Assembly (NCBI GenBank): GCA_050124755.1
Contig: JASFER010000001.1
Location: 2,391-66,390, forward strand
Source of the DNA: Desulfobacteraceae bacterium
Lineage (GTDB): Bacteria; Desulfobacterota; Desulfobacteria; Desulfobacterales; Desulfosarcinaceae
Direction of reading: 5' to 3'
DNA: 64,000 nucleotides
The position numbers were made by a program, and so were the translations under genes. Position 1 is the stretch's first letter. Every line of letters starts with the position of its first letter. This document shows, in pieces, positions 1 to 8,622 of the stretch. Under the pieces are notes generated by a model. That model did no database searches, was not told the DNA's origin, and saw nothing but the letters and a program-made list of their open reading frames with translations.

Positions 1-318
1 GGAGACCACCGCCACATCGTTGCTGGGATTTTTACCGCCGATAATGGTGTTGTAGAATGCGTCATCGTCCTGTGTTTTAAGGTCGGCGTCGGTGATTCCC
101 AAGGTGTGGCCGCCAAACTCCATTTCCAGGACCATGGTTAATAGATAGGCGTCGATGCTTTGGGTAACCGGCGTATCGTGATGGGACAATTGAACGTCGG
201 TAATGATGCCGCCAAAGGCTTTCATAATATGGAGGCCGATCTCTTGCAGTGTGCTGTAGGTCAATACCGCTCCCAGGCGAACGATGTTCAATTGTTCGAT
301 ATTGCCGATCATGGGCAT
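1..318 (-). CDS. Partial CDS (N-terminal 106 aa; gene runs off the window start). Tentatively an archaemetzincin-like Zn-metallopeptidase.
   Basis: The reverse complement of 1..318 is an open frame starting at ATG (318) preceded by AAGGAG. The translation MPMIGNIEQLNIVRLGAV...LGITDADL...AFYNTIIGGKNPSNDVAVVS resembles the N-terminal region of archaemetzincins (xGxTxxDL ... FG ... vAVxS). The catalytic HExxH region would lie outside the window. The ORF is absent from the track because it is open-ended. Confidence 0.45.
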   Translation of the reverse strand, partial: MPMIGNIEQLNIVRLGAVLTYSTLQEIGLHIMKAFGGIITDVQLSHHDTPVTQSIDAYLLTMVLEMEFGGHTLGITDADLKTQDDDAFYNTIIGGKNPSNDVAVVS

Positions 319-389
319 GACTCCTTTGGCCGATCGTTTATTCAAGTATACTATCCTTGTTGGTGGATCGACAAGCCCAAACCCATTTA

Positions 390-558
390 TTGCATTATTT
401 AAACCTGGTCCTTCTATGGGGCATATGGAATGTCCAATATCGAACAAGGAACCGCAGAATATCGAAGTAAGGTATTCTGTCATTTACAATCATAATGGCA
501 GAGCGCAGCGATTCCACACTTCGGCACTCAACATTCCTTGTTCGATATTCTGCGGTTC
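390..558 (-). repeat. Palindromic intergenic element, copy D. The core is inverted relative to copies A-C and the arm sequence is diverged.
   Basis: The left flank TTGCATTATTTAAACCTGGTCCT matches the left flank of copies A and B. The arms GAACCGCAGAATATCGAA... and ...TTCGATATTCTGCGGTTC are inverted repeats. The loop GGTATTCTGTC...ATGGCAGAGCGCAGCGAT matches the reverse complement of the core of copies A-C. Confidence 0.7.
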
Positions 559-573
559 ACTGCCCTGGATGCT

Positions 574-1035
574 TTACTGGGCCAGATCGGCTATGTCGGC
601 TTTTAGAATATCGATGATGTCGCCGGGGGCGATTTTGACCATGATGCCGCGTTGGCCGGCGTTGATCATGACGGCCTCATTGGGGGGCAGGGAGGCGTCC
701 ATGACGGCTTTGAGAGGGTTTTTTGTTCCAAATGGACTGATGCCGCCTACCAAATAACCGGTTAGACGCTGGGCAGTGGTCGTGTCGGCCATGGCGGCGC
801 GTTTGGCGTTGCAGGCTTTGGCTACCTTTTTCATGGAGACTTGACGGTCTCCGGGCATCATGACCAATGCATATCGATGGCTGTCCAAGGCCACCACCAG
901 GGTTTTAATGGTCTGACCCAGGGGAAAACCAACAGCCCGGGCTGCATACTCGGCGCCTTTTTCTTTGTGGTCGTACTTGACCGTTTGATGTGTAATGCGA
1001 TTTTGTTTGAGAAATTGGATGCCCCGGGTCGTCAT
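574..1035 (-). CDS. ybaK: Cys-tRNA(Pro)/Cys-tRNA(Cys) deacylase, YbaK/EbsC family
   Basis: 153 aa. The sequence has typical YbaK features (..KTLVV..., GYLVGGISPFG..., INAGQRG) and an AAGGTGA ribosome-binding site upstream. Confidence 0.8.
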   Translation of the reverse strand: MTTRGIQFLKQNRITHQTVKYDHKEKGAEYAARAVGFPLGQTIKTLVVALDSHRYALVMMPGDRQVSMKKVAKACNAKRAAMADTTTAQRLTGYLVGGISPFGTKNPLKAVMDASLPPNEAVMINAGQRGIMVKIAPGDIIDILKADIADLAQ

Positions 1036-1070
1036 GTTTTCACCTTAACCCTTTAATCGCCATGCGCCGA

Positions 1071-2807
1071 TTATGTTGGCGCTTTAAATAAAAACATCGA
1101 AATAAACCGCGGGTCCAAATCTTTCTTCTTCACCCTGCCCAATTCACTTTCGATATGGACGAACAATTGCTCCAATGCCGGAGCCATGCGTTCTGAAATA
1201 TCATCGGCCGCCAACCCGCTGCTGGTCTCCAGCCAGCCAAGGAACAGTTCCCGCATGGTGTCGGTGATTTTTCGGGGTTCGGTATCCGGCACCCACAGCT
1301 CATCGAAGAGCCGGCGGAACTGGTCCATGGTCAGCGGCCGGGGAGCTTTTTTCTTTCCCTCAATATTCAGATGGTGGTTGGCCCACAAGGTTAGCAGGAC
1401 GTTTTCGTAGGTGATCAGCCCCTCGTTTTGTTGAGGGCTGATTACCACGTTCATCAGCGAAAGCAGGTCGTCAAAGGCAATCACGTGGCTTAATCGGGTC
1501 TCGGTTTCCTGGATATCTTCCAGTGAGGCGAACTCACGATAGAGAACCCCTGTCACATAATTATCGTAGTAGAGTGGTTTTTTGATCAACAAGCCGCCCA
1601 GCACCCCCATCAATGTTTCACCCCAAAAGCTCAAGGGTAATCCTTCGTTCGCATACCAACTGGCGTGTTGCCATTTTTGGGCGCGCCACTTTAAAGCGAG
1701 GGCGCAGCCGTAGCCCACTCTGAAAATATCCGACAACAGGTGCTTTTGGATCAGGCTGGCATTGGCGTAGGGGGGCTTTCCCTCTGTTTCCATGGCCGTT
1801 TTTTCCAGTCCTATGGAGATATAGTCGCTGACTTTCTGGACAATCTTCGATAGCGCATGCTTGTCACGAATGTGATGCCGGTCGGCTGAAATGACTTGGT
1901 TGCAAAGTCCCGCAAATTCGGCTTGCAGTTTTTGCAGTGCCCCTTCGTCGTGGATCTGTGCCAGGGTTTGGGAAAACAGGTTGGCATCCTCTGAAGGCTC
2001 TTCCGGGAAGATGGGAAATGGGATGGTGTCCACGATACGGCCGTCATATGCCTCGGCCTTGGTTTTGCGATTCAGCAGGTCGGCCGCTTTGAGCGGTTGG
2101 TAAACCCCTATGGCTTCGTCAAAGGGCAGCAATCCTTTTTCTGCCAGGCGCACATTGCGCCGGCGAAATAGCTCTTCTTCGGCTTCGGAAGGTATGATGC
2201 TCGTGGATGTCAGCAGGAAATTGCGGTATAGCGTGAAATCATAAACACTGATGCGATTGAGCAGATCCTTGATAAAAAGATCTCGCTCTTCCTGGCTTTT
2301 TTTCTGCGCCTTGGGGTAGGGGCGCAGTCGGACGTAACAGGTTTGATCTTCGCTAAAGAAATCGTCACCGACCTCTCCCGGGTCCTCCTCGTATTCGCGG
2401 ATGTGCAGCTCGACGTTCCGAGACAGGTACAAGGCCATCTCGTCCTGCTTATCATTGCAAATCCAGCGGGTGAACCGGTCGGCATCCGCTTTGCGCAGAC
2501 GGTCCAACCATCGGGTCATCTGGTGGGTGTTCATCTGATCCCGGTCCCACCCCTCCATGTCCAGCATATACTCCCACTGTTCGTTTGAAGCCAGGCCCAG
2601 GACCGCAAGGGCATCTTCCGGACCGATGTGGTGCACGAGAAAATAGAGATCTTCCTCGGACATGGATTGAACCAAGGTCACCGGATAAGGATGCTCCGTA
2701 ATGGCATCCAGCGCCTTCTCAGGCGGCAGGTTCAAAATAGTGCGCCGGTCTTGGGCCAGCGTTTTTTCACGTGTTTGTTTTTTTAGAGCGTTTGTTTCGT
2801 CATTCAT
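1071..2807 (-). CDS. Conserved hypothetical protein, 578 aa, function unknown
   Basis: A long uninterrupted ORF whose composition matches its neighbours. No catalytic motif was recognised. The acidic N-terminal region is vaguely MgtE_N-like. Confidence 0.75.
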   Translation of the reverse strand: MNDETNALKKQTREKTLAQDRRTILNLPPEKALDAITEHPYPVTLVQSMSEEDLYFLVHHIGPEDALAVLGLASNEQWEYMLDMEGWDRDQMNTHQMTRWLDRLRKADADRFTRWICNDKQDEMALYLSRNVELHIREYEEDPGEVGDDFFSEDQTCYVRLRPYPKAQKKSQEERDLFIKDLLNRISVYDFTLYRNFLLTSTSIIPSEAEEELFRRRNVRLAEKGLLPFDEAIGVYQPLKAADLLNRKTKAEAYDGRIVDTIPFPIFPEEPSEDANLFSQTLAQIHDEGALQKLQAEFAGLCNQVISADRHHIRDKHALSKIVQKVSDYISIGLEKTAMETEGKPPYANASLIQKHLLSDIFRVGYGCALALKWRAQKWQHASWYANEGLPLSFWGETLMGVLGGLLIKKPLYYDNYVTGVLYREFASLEDIQETETRLSHVIAFDDLLSLMNVVISPQQNEGLITYENVLLTLWANHHLNIEGKKKAPRPLTMDQFRRLFDELWVPDTEPRKITDTMRELFLGWLETSSGLAADDISERMAPALEQLFVHIESELGRVKKKDLDPRFISMFLFKAPT

Positions 2808-2900
2808 CGGTTACGATCGCCGTTTGTTGTTTCAATAGGGCCTAATATAATGCAAATCTCAATGATCTCAATAGGAAAGGATGGTTTGTTTAAAAAGAAA

Positions 2901-4130
2901 TCAACGATCCTTTGCTTGCCACGGCGCAAACTTTAAAAGCAGCAGCATTCCCGGAACCGCGATCAGGGTGCAGAAAATGAAAAAACCGGTCCATCCCATG
3001 AATTGCGCCATAAACCCTGTCCCGGATGAGGCCACCACTCTGGGGATGCCCATCAAGCTGGTCAAGAGCGCATACTGGGTAGCTGTGAACTTTTTGTTGG
3101 TGATACTGGCCATAAAAGCGGCATAGGCAGCCGTTCCCATGCCGGAGCTGAGGTTTTCAAAGCCGATGACCACGGCCAGCATGGAGATGTTATGTCCCAT
3201 CCGGGCTAAAACGGCAAAGCCGGCTGTGGAAACGGCCTGCAACACCCCGAAGATCCACAAGCTTTTATTGATACCCAGTTTGAGCATCAGAAGTCCGCCG
3301 ATGAACCCGCCGCTGATAATGGCCCAGAAACCAACCAGTTTAACCAGGGCGCCAACTTCGGTTTTTGTGAATTGAAGGTCCACATAAAAGGGGGCCGTCA
3401 TCGAACTGGCCATGGTATCGCCGATTTTGTAAAGCAGAATGAAGGCCAGTATCCAAATCGCATTAGAGCGGCTGAAGTATTCCACAAAGGGTTCAATGAC
3501 CGCCTCTTTCATGGTTTTGGGCGTGCCGAACGGCGTGGGGGGCTCGGGGGTGAGCAAGGTGGTGATCAATCCCGGCAGCAGGCACCCGGCCATCAAGGCA
3601 TACACCCAGGCAAAAGGCATGTGATCGGCCAGAATCAGTCCCCCCCCGGCCGCCAGCAGCATGCCGATGCGGTAGCCGGCGATGTAAAGGGATGATCCCA
3701 GGCCCAGTTCTTCATCCGCCAGGTCTTCTCGACGGTAGGCATCGATGACGATGTCCTGGGAGGCGCTGAAGAGGGTGACAAAAAAAGCCGCCAGTGCCAC
3801 CAGCCATGGAGCTTTTGCCGGGTTGGTCCGGCCTAGATAGAAGATGGACAGCATGAGGGACGACTGGAAAATGAGCATCCAGCCCCGTCGCCGGCCAAAG
3901 GCGGCCAGGCTGAAGCGGTCCAGCAGGGGGGCTTGCAGAAATTTAAGCGTGTATGGCAACCCCACCAAAGCAAACAAACCGATGACGGCCAAATCCACCC
4001 CTTCTTCACGCATCCAGGTTTTGAGGACAAAGCTGGTGAGTTCCAGAGGCAGGCCGGCTGCATAGCCCATGATCAGCGCCACCGCCATGCGACGGCTGAA
4101 GAGGACTTTTATGATGGACGTTTTGGGCAT
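2901..4130 (-). CDS. ampG: AmpG-family muropeptide/MFS permease
   Basis: 409 aa and polytopic. The N-terminus ...ALIMGYAAGLPLELTSFVLKTWMREEGVDLAVIGLFALVGLPYTLKFLQAPLLDRF is a typical AmpG signature. Confidence 0.8.
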   Translation of the reverse strand: MPKTSIIKVLFSRRMAVALIMGYAAGLPLELTSFVLKTWMREEGVDLAVIGLFALVGLPYTLKFLQAPLLDRFSLAAFGRRRGWMLIFQSSLMLSIFYLGRTNPAKAPWLVALAAFFVTLFSASQDIVIDAYRREDLADEELGLGSSLYIAGYRIGMLLAAGGGLILADHMPFAWVYALMAGCLLPGLITTLLTPEPPTPFGTPKTMKEAVIEPFVEYFSRSNAIWILAFILLYKIGDTMASSMTAPFYVDLQFTKTEVGALVKLVGFWAIISGGFIGGLLMLKLGINKSLWIFGVLQAVSTAGFAVLARMGHNISMLAVVIGFENLSSGMGTAAYAAFMASITNKKFTATQYALLTSLMGIPRVVASSGTGFMAQFMGWTGFFIFCTLIAVPGMLLLLKFAPWQAKDR

Positions 4131-4137
4131 TATATTC

Positions 4138-4179
4138 GTTCATGGTTCATGGTTCAGAGTTCATGGTTCAGCGTCAGGG
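4138..4179. repeat. Six tandem heptamers (GTTCATG GTTCATG GTTCAGA GTTCATG GTTCAGC GTCAGGG) immediately upstream of the ampG start
   Basis: Read directly from the sequence. The array begins 8 nt upstream of the ampG ATG (4130, minus strand). Confidence 0.85.
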
Positions 4180-4559
4180 CCCAAGGCGTATGGAGCGTTT
4201 TTTTGTTTGAGGCTAGGACTCTAAAATTGATTATACAATTTAAATCGTTAGCGCTAACAACAAGTACCAGTTGATTAAACTTTGGAACAAGGGTTCTTTT
4301 CAAATGGTTGGTAAATGAGCGGCCCCAGAGATGGGACAACTGGGGCCGTTGATGCAAACATATTTTAATTCAGTTTAATAACCACGATAATACGAATTAT
4401 TAGCTTTTTAAGCGAGTTCTGCAGACTCTTTATCCAGTGAAAAATCCACTGCAGAACTGATATAAAGATCATCGCGACTCCTTTCTGTCTGCGGCAATAT
4501 CCTGAGTTGCCGCTTGACATAAGGCCCTCTGCTTGCTACGTGTAACAAGTTATAGAAAA

Positions 4560-4663
4560 GCTGGTCTGAAGCGTCAGGCCAGTTGCCCTTGATGGCCTTG
4601 GCCGAGGCCATTACAAGGAGTTTATTTAAGAGAGTCACCACAATTGCTGGTGACTCTTTTTTA
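4560..4663 (+). ncRNA. Candidate small RNA of about 100 nt (5' end uncertain)
   Basis: A plus-strand intrinsic terminator lies at 4631..4663, yet there is no plus-strand CDS upstream. Two further hairpins precede it: CTGGTCTGA-AGCG-TCAGGCCAG, and CCTTGATGGCC..GGCCATTACAAGG. A possible -10 box TATAGA lies at 4551..4556. The region sits between the convergent-to-divergent genes ampG and pckG. Confidence 0.35.
4631..4663 (+). terminator. Rho-independent terminator
   Basis: A perfect 10-bp stem (AGAGTCACCA / TGGTGACTCT) with a 7-nt loop is followed by TTTTTT on the plus strand. On the minus strand, 50 nt past the pckG stop, the same hairpin has no U-tract. Confidence 0.8.
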
Positions 4664-4711
4664 TGTGCAAGGCCCTCCGGCGCCTGTGGTTTCGGTTGCA
4701 ACATATGGTTT

Positions 4712-6682
4712 CTAGTTGCCAGCCGCTCGAACCTCCAGTTGCGCGGGTGAAACGATGGGGCCGACCGTATCTTTCAAAGCCATCAAACCTTTCCTTTGTT
4801 CTTTCAGAATTTCAAAAAGCTTGGCCGGCAGGTTCTCCTCCTTGCCGTAGGCTTCCAGTTGCAGATCGATGCGGGCCACGATGTTGTCCACATAGAGGGA
4901 GAACTGTTTGTTGTAAAGCTCCTGGCTGTAATTTTTGTTGATAATCTCTTTGAACAGGGTTTTGAGATCGTCGTATTTGGGAAGATATCCGATGGGGGTG
5001 TCGATGGCCTCCACATCGTTGTGCGCCCTGCGCTCCAGCCAGGCCAGCCAGACCTTTACATCGCGTTTTTCCCCCAGTAATTTTTTGTCTTTTCCGCCCC
5101 GGGCCTCGTGGGTGAGAAAATAATTGAGGCCGGCCATGACCGGTCTTTTTTCAGGGGCGATTTTGTCACTGCCGAAGAAATTGAACTGGGCGTCCATGTA
5201 ATCGCCCAAAGCACCGGGGATAAAGGGCGCATTGGCCCAGGGGGCGCGTTTGACGCCGGTGGCCCCCACTTCGGTGGCGGTGGCGGCGGATACAATGCAG
5301 GCGCCGATAACCACCCCCTGATCGGTGTCTTTGGCGGCCCATAGCGGCGGCATGGTATCGCTGTCCCGGCCGGAGTAGGTGATCACGCGGGTCTCCACCC
5401 CGGCCGGATTTTCCGCCTCTTCGGAGTAGTTTCCCAGGGACGAAGATGTCAAGGTGCAACGGGCGTTGGGATGGGACAGGGGCACGAGCTTGCCTTTTTC
5501 ATCGGTTTTTCCTTTGAACCACTCGCCTTGAAAATTGCGTCCTTTTTCAGGCGGGGTTTCGCCGTTGCCGACCCAATGGGGCTTGCCCTCGTCGTCGATG
5601 AGGACATTGGACCAAATCACTTCGGTACCGGGTTCCCGCAGGCACTTCATCAGCAAAGGATCACCTTCCTGGTTGACGTCTTCCACGATACCGAAGATTC
5701 CGTTTTCCGGGTTGATGGAACGAACGGTGCCGTCCTGAGCGATCCACATCTGGGCCAGGTCGTCTCCCACAAAGTGGTTGCCGGCCATGGCCGTGGTGGT
5801 TTTGCCGCAGCCGCTGGGGGCGGCGCCGGTTACCCAGGTGACCCTGCCGTTGGGGCCGTCGATGCCGGTAATGAACATGTGCTCGGACAGCTCAAAGGCC
5901 CGTTTTTCGTAAACCGAGCGGTCCACGCTGAATCGGTGGTTGCCCTTTTTCAGCAGCAAGGTGTTGCCGGCATAGGTGCAGTTGAAACTGTAGGTGGTGC
6001 GCCAGGCCCGGTCCATCAATACCCTGGCATTGGGCAGGTCTTCGGGGCGATTGAGACCTTCGCTGTGGATGTTGGTGTAGCAATGACCGGCCCGTTCCAC
6101 CTCTTTCTCGAAATCGGCGTAGATGTTGCGGTAGAGCAATTCGGCGCTGTGGGCGACATAGGCGGAACTGGTAATTTCGATGGCCGGATTGGCCACTTGG
6201 GCGCCCACCGGACCTCGGGAATAAAAACCCACAATCATTATCATGCCGGCCATGATGCCCCCCATGCCTTTTTGAACGGTCTCAAGGGCTTGCTTTCGGG
6301 ACATGCGCAGGGCCAACGAACTCACCAGTTCATCATCGTTGGCGATATAATACGTACGATCGATGATGCGGCCCTGCTCTTCTTTGAGATCATAGTGAAT
6401 GGTGTGCCCTTCCATGGCAAGTGGGGTTTCCTCATTTTTTTGGATGGCCAAATCACGCACGAACTGTTTGTCCTGATCCGAGCCGGTGTTGACGTAAACG
6501 CTGTCCGGTTGGCACATCACAACCGCATTGGCAATGATTCGCAATAAATGCCGGTCTTTAATGAATTGAATGCGTTGAAAATGTTCAGCGTCCGTTTTTT
6601 CTTTGAGCAGTGGTAAAGCAGCATCGGCCGTCCTGACCTTTCCGATCTCTTCAACGATGTGGATTCCTTGTCCAAATTTCAT
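4712..6682 (-). CDS. pckG: Phosphoenolpyruvate carboxykinase, GTP-type
   Basis: 656 aa. It carries the kinase-1a P-loop GAAPSGCGKTT, and its overall length and architecture fit GTP-PEPCK. An AAGGAG ribosome-binding site lies upstream. Confidence 0.75.
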   Translation of the reverse strand: MKFGQGIHIVEEIGKVRTADAALPLLKEKTDAEHFQRIQFIKDRHLLRIIANAVVMCQPDSVYVNTGSDQDKQFVRDLAIQKNEETPLAMEGHTIHYDLKEEQGRIIDRTYYIANDDELVSSLALRMSRKQALETVQKGMGGIMAGMIMIVGFYSRGPVGAQVANPAIEITSSAYVAHSAELLYRNIYADFEKEVERAGHCYTNIHSEGLNRPEDLPNARVLMDRAWRTTYSFNCTYAGNTLLLKKGNHRFSVDRSVYEKRAFELSEHMFITGIDGPNGRVTWVTGAAPSGCGKTTTAMAGNHFVGDDLAQMWIAQDGTVRSINPENGIFGIVEDVNQEGDPLLMKCLREPGTEVIWSNVLIDDEGKPHWVGNGETPPEKGRNFQGEWFKGKTDEKGKLVPLSHPNARCTLTSSSLGNYSEEAENPAGVETRVITYSGRDSDTMPPLWAAKDTDQGVVIGACIVSAATATEVGATGVKRAPWANAPFIPGALGDYMDAQFNFFGSDKIAPEKRPVMAGLNYFLTHEARGGKDKKLLGEKRDVKVWLAWLERRAHNDVEAIDTPIGYLPKYDDLKTLFKEIINKNYSQELYNKQFSLYVDNIVARIDLQLEAYGKEENLPAKLFEILKEQRKGLMALKDTVGPIVSPAQLEVRAAGN

Positions 6683-6763
6683 TTACGACTCCTTTATGAA
6701 AATCACTGTTAAACAGGGTGCGGTTCATCGAATTTACGGCAAATAGGATTGGATTTGATGGGA

Positions 6764-7426
6764 TCAGCCATCATTTGCGCCTCCCATGCACCCCAAGGGT
6801 TCGGTGGGCGGCGTGTGGCGTTCAAGCCACACCATGACCTTTTCGAATTCTGAGCAGAATTCGAAAAGGGCTTTTCCGCGGTGGCTCACCCGGCTTTTTT
6901 CTTCCATGGTCAGTTCCGCAAACGTTTTGTTTAATTCAGGATAGAAAAAGATGGGATCATAACCGAATCCATTGGTGCCGGCCGGTTGACGGGCAATTAA
7001 GCCTTCGCATCGGGCTTCATAGGTAAGGGCCGGTCCGGTGGGGACAGCCAGTGAGATGACACATTCAAAACGGGCCTTTCGATTTTCCGTATCGCCAAGC
7101 GCATCCAGTAATTTTTGGCAACGTTGCTCGTCTGTCGCATCGTCACCCGCATAGCGCGCCGAAAGAACCCCTGGAGCGCCATCCAGCGCATCAACCACCA
7201 ATCCGGAATCATCCGCCAAAGCCGGAAATCCAAGGTAACGTGCTGTTAAACTTGCCTTTTTGTAGGCATTGGCCTCGAACGTCTCCCCATCTTCAACGAT
7301 GGGCGGAATGGGGCCGAAGTCATCGAGGTTGCGGATATCGACGGGGTAATCTTTCAGCAACCCTATGATTTCATTTGTTTTCCCATGATTATGGGTCGCC
7401 AGGACAAGGATGGTCCGTTGTGGCAT
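6764..7426 (-). CDS. rdgB: Non-canonical purine NTP (dITP/XTP) pyrophosphatase, RdgB/HAM1 family
   Basis: Motifs ILVLATHNHGKTNE, LADDSGL and NGFGYDPIF are present. Confidence 0.85.
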   Translation of the reverse strand: MPQRTILVLATHNHGKTNEIIGLLKDYPVDIRNLDDFGPIPPIVEDGETFEANAYKKASLTARYLGFPALADDSGLVVDALDGAPGVLSARYAGDDATDEQRCQKLLDALGDTENRKARFECVISLAVPTGPALTYEARCEGLIARQPAGTNGFGYDPIFFYPELNKTFAELTMEEKSRVSHRGKALFEFCSEFEKVMVWLERHTPPTEPLGCMGGANDG

Positions 7427-7532
7427 GCCTACCTCTATGTATACGTTTATTTACGTTCTTATAAATAGGTTTGTGACGAAGGCTTATAAAGGATGGACAA
7501 AAAGTTGTAAAGACGAATTTGTGTTTTTTGTC

Positions 7533-7652
7533 GGGCGGATGGTGAAATGCGGTGGCCTCCAAAATGGCATCCGGCAATCCCCACAGACCCGGAAGATAAG
7601 CGCCGATGCCTGCGTGGGTCGTCCCGATGACGTTGACTTCCGCTTCCACCAT
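7533..7652 (-). pseudogene. Remnant of an HDOD-domain gene (about 40 codons survive)
   Basis: VEAEVNVIGTTHAGIGAYLPGLWGLPDAILEATAFHHPPD aligns by eye at 29/40 identities with VEAEEKVIGTNHSCIGAYLLGLWGLPEAILDATAFHHSHH near the C-terminus of the 404-aa HDOD protein at 46304..47518. Homology ends exactly where repeat copy A begins. Confidence 0.7.
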
Positions 7653-7668
7653 GGAAATGACCTTTTTA

Positions 7669-7840
7669 TTGCATCATTAAAACCTGGTCCTCAGGGTCAG
7701 GTCTGAGACCATTGGCTTTGCCTTCAAAGCAGGGTTCGGAGGGTATAACGTTATTGAACGATGAACATCGAACGTCCAACATCGAACGTCCAATGATGAG
7801 ATCGCTTCGCTCCGCCATCTTATCAATCGGCAGAATACCT
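7669..7840 (+). repeat. Palindromic intergenic element, copy A (right arm missing)
   Basis: About 170 nt are near-identical to copy B. The shared parts are the left flank with its terminator-like hairpin, the left arm TGAACATCGAACGTCCAACATCGAACGTCCAA (7762..7793), and the core GATGAGATCGCTTCGCTCCGCCATCTTATCAATCGGCAGAATACC. Confidence 0.8.
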
Positions 7841-7952
7841 TTCTCGATGGGCCGTATGTAACTGCTTGCTTTTGCGGGGAACATGCATGAAAATGGTGCA
7901 TAACTGATAACAAGTTATAAGATATCGGGTATTTTTTCAATAGGACAACGCA

Positions 7953-8564
7953 TTGCTTGTAGCCGGCTTAACAGGTGGAATTGCATCAGGAAAATCAACT
8001 GTTTCCGCATTTTTTCAAAAAGCGGGGGCGCAAATTATCGATGCGGATATCATCGCCCGCCAGGTGGCGGCGCCGGGATTGCCTGCATGGAAAGCCATTC
8101 AATCAGCTTTCGGAGATGATGTGATCCATTCCGACGGCACCATAGATCGATCCTCGCTCGGGGAACTGGTTTTCAACGATAGGCGGCTGCGCCGGCAATT
8201 GGAAGGGATCATTCATCCCCATGTGCGATTGCAAATCAATCGGGAATTGTTAAGGTTGAGGAGAACCACACCCCATGCCGTGGTTATTCAAGACATCCCC
8301 CTATTGCTGGAGACGGGTATGACCGAAGGATTGGCGGAGATCATCGTTGTATATACCCCTCCTGAGCTTCAACTCAAGCGGTTGATGCTCAGAGACGGTA
8401 TTGACTTGAACGCCGCCAGAGCGCGTTTGGACGCCCAAATGCCCATGGCGGAAAAATGCCGCCGCGCCACCATCGTGATAGACAACCGCGGCGCGCTTTC
8501 AGCGACCCGACAGCAGACTTTAAAGATATACGCGGACCTTGCTCGAAGAGCGCGTCATTCGTAA
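7953..8564 (+). CDS. coaE: Dephospho-CoA kinase
   Basis: The P-loop GLTGGIASGKST is at the N-terminus. The start codon is apparently TTG. Confidence 0.8.
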   Translation: MLVAGLTGGIASGKSTVSAFFQKAGAQIIDADIIARQVAAPGLPAWKAIQSAFGDDVIHSDGTIDRSSLGELVFNDRRLRRQLEGIIHPHVRLQINRELLRLRRTTPHAVVIQDIPLLLETGMTEGLAEIIVVYTPPELQLKRLMLRDGIDLNAARARLDAQMPMAEKCRRATIVIDNRGALSATRQQTLKIYADLARRARHS

Positions 8565-8593
8565 GATTTTAAAACTTAATACTCAATTTCAAA

Positions 8594-8622
8594 TTGACAG
8601 AAGCCATTTGTTTCTCTATAGA
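8594..8622 (+). promoter_or_regulatory. Sigma70-type promoter candidate for the HD-GYP gene
   Basis: TTGACA (8594..8599), a 17-nt spacer, then TATAGA (8617..8622). It lies about 85 nt upstream of the ATG at 8707. Confidence 0.45.

Noticed and set aside
4546-4557. The 12-mer TAACAAGTTATA (containing the near-palindromic core TAAC-NN-GTTA) occurs at 4546..4557 and again at 7909..7920. It was considered as a shared operator.
   Set aside because: Exact 12-mer recurrences are expected by chance many times in 64 kb, and the surrounding sequence is not similar. The evidence is insufficient.
4408-4704. A 98-aa minus-strand ORF immediately downstream of pckG.
   Set aside because: It has no Shine-Dalgarno sequence (AAACCAT precedes the ATG) and no recognisable domain. 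It is overlapped by a strong plus-strand terminator and hairpins. It is kept only as the alternative hypothesis to the sRNA candidate.
5471-6547. A 358-aa plus-strand ORF antisense to pckG. Similar long antisense ORFs lie at 53021..54289 (422 aa, opposite the gldG-like gene), 62011..62856 (281 aa, opposite sucA), 48547..49374 (275 aa, opposite the DUF255 gene), 28142..28807 (221 aa, opposite dnaK) and 38042..38776 (244 aa, opposite the REC-HD-GYP gene).
   Set aside because: Each lies entirely inside a strongly motif-supported gene on the other strand. The translations are low-complexity (rich in Gly, Ala, Val, His and Arg) with no recognisable motif. These are typical shadow ORFs of GC-biased coding DNA.
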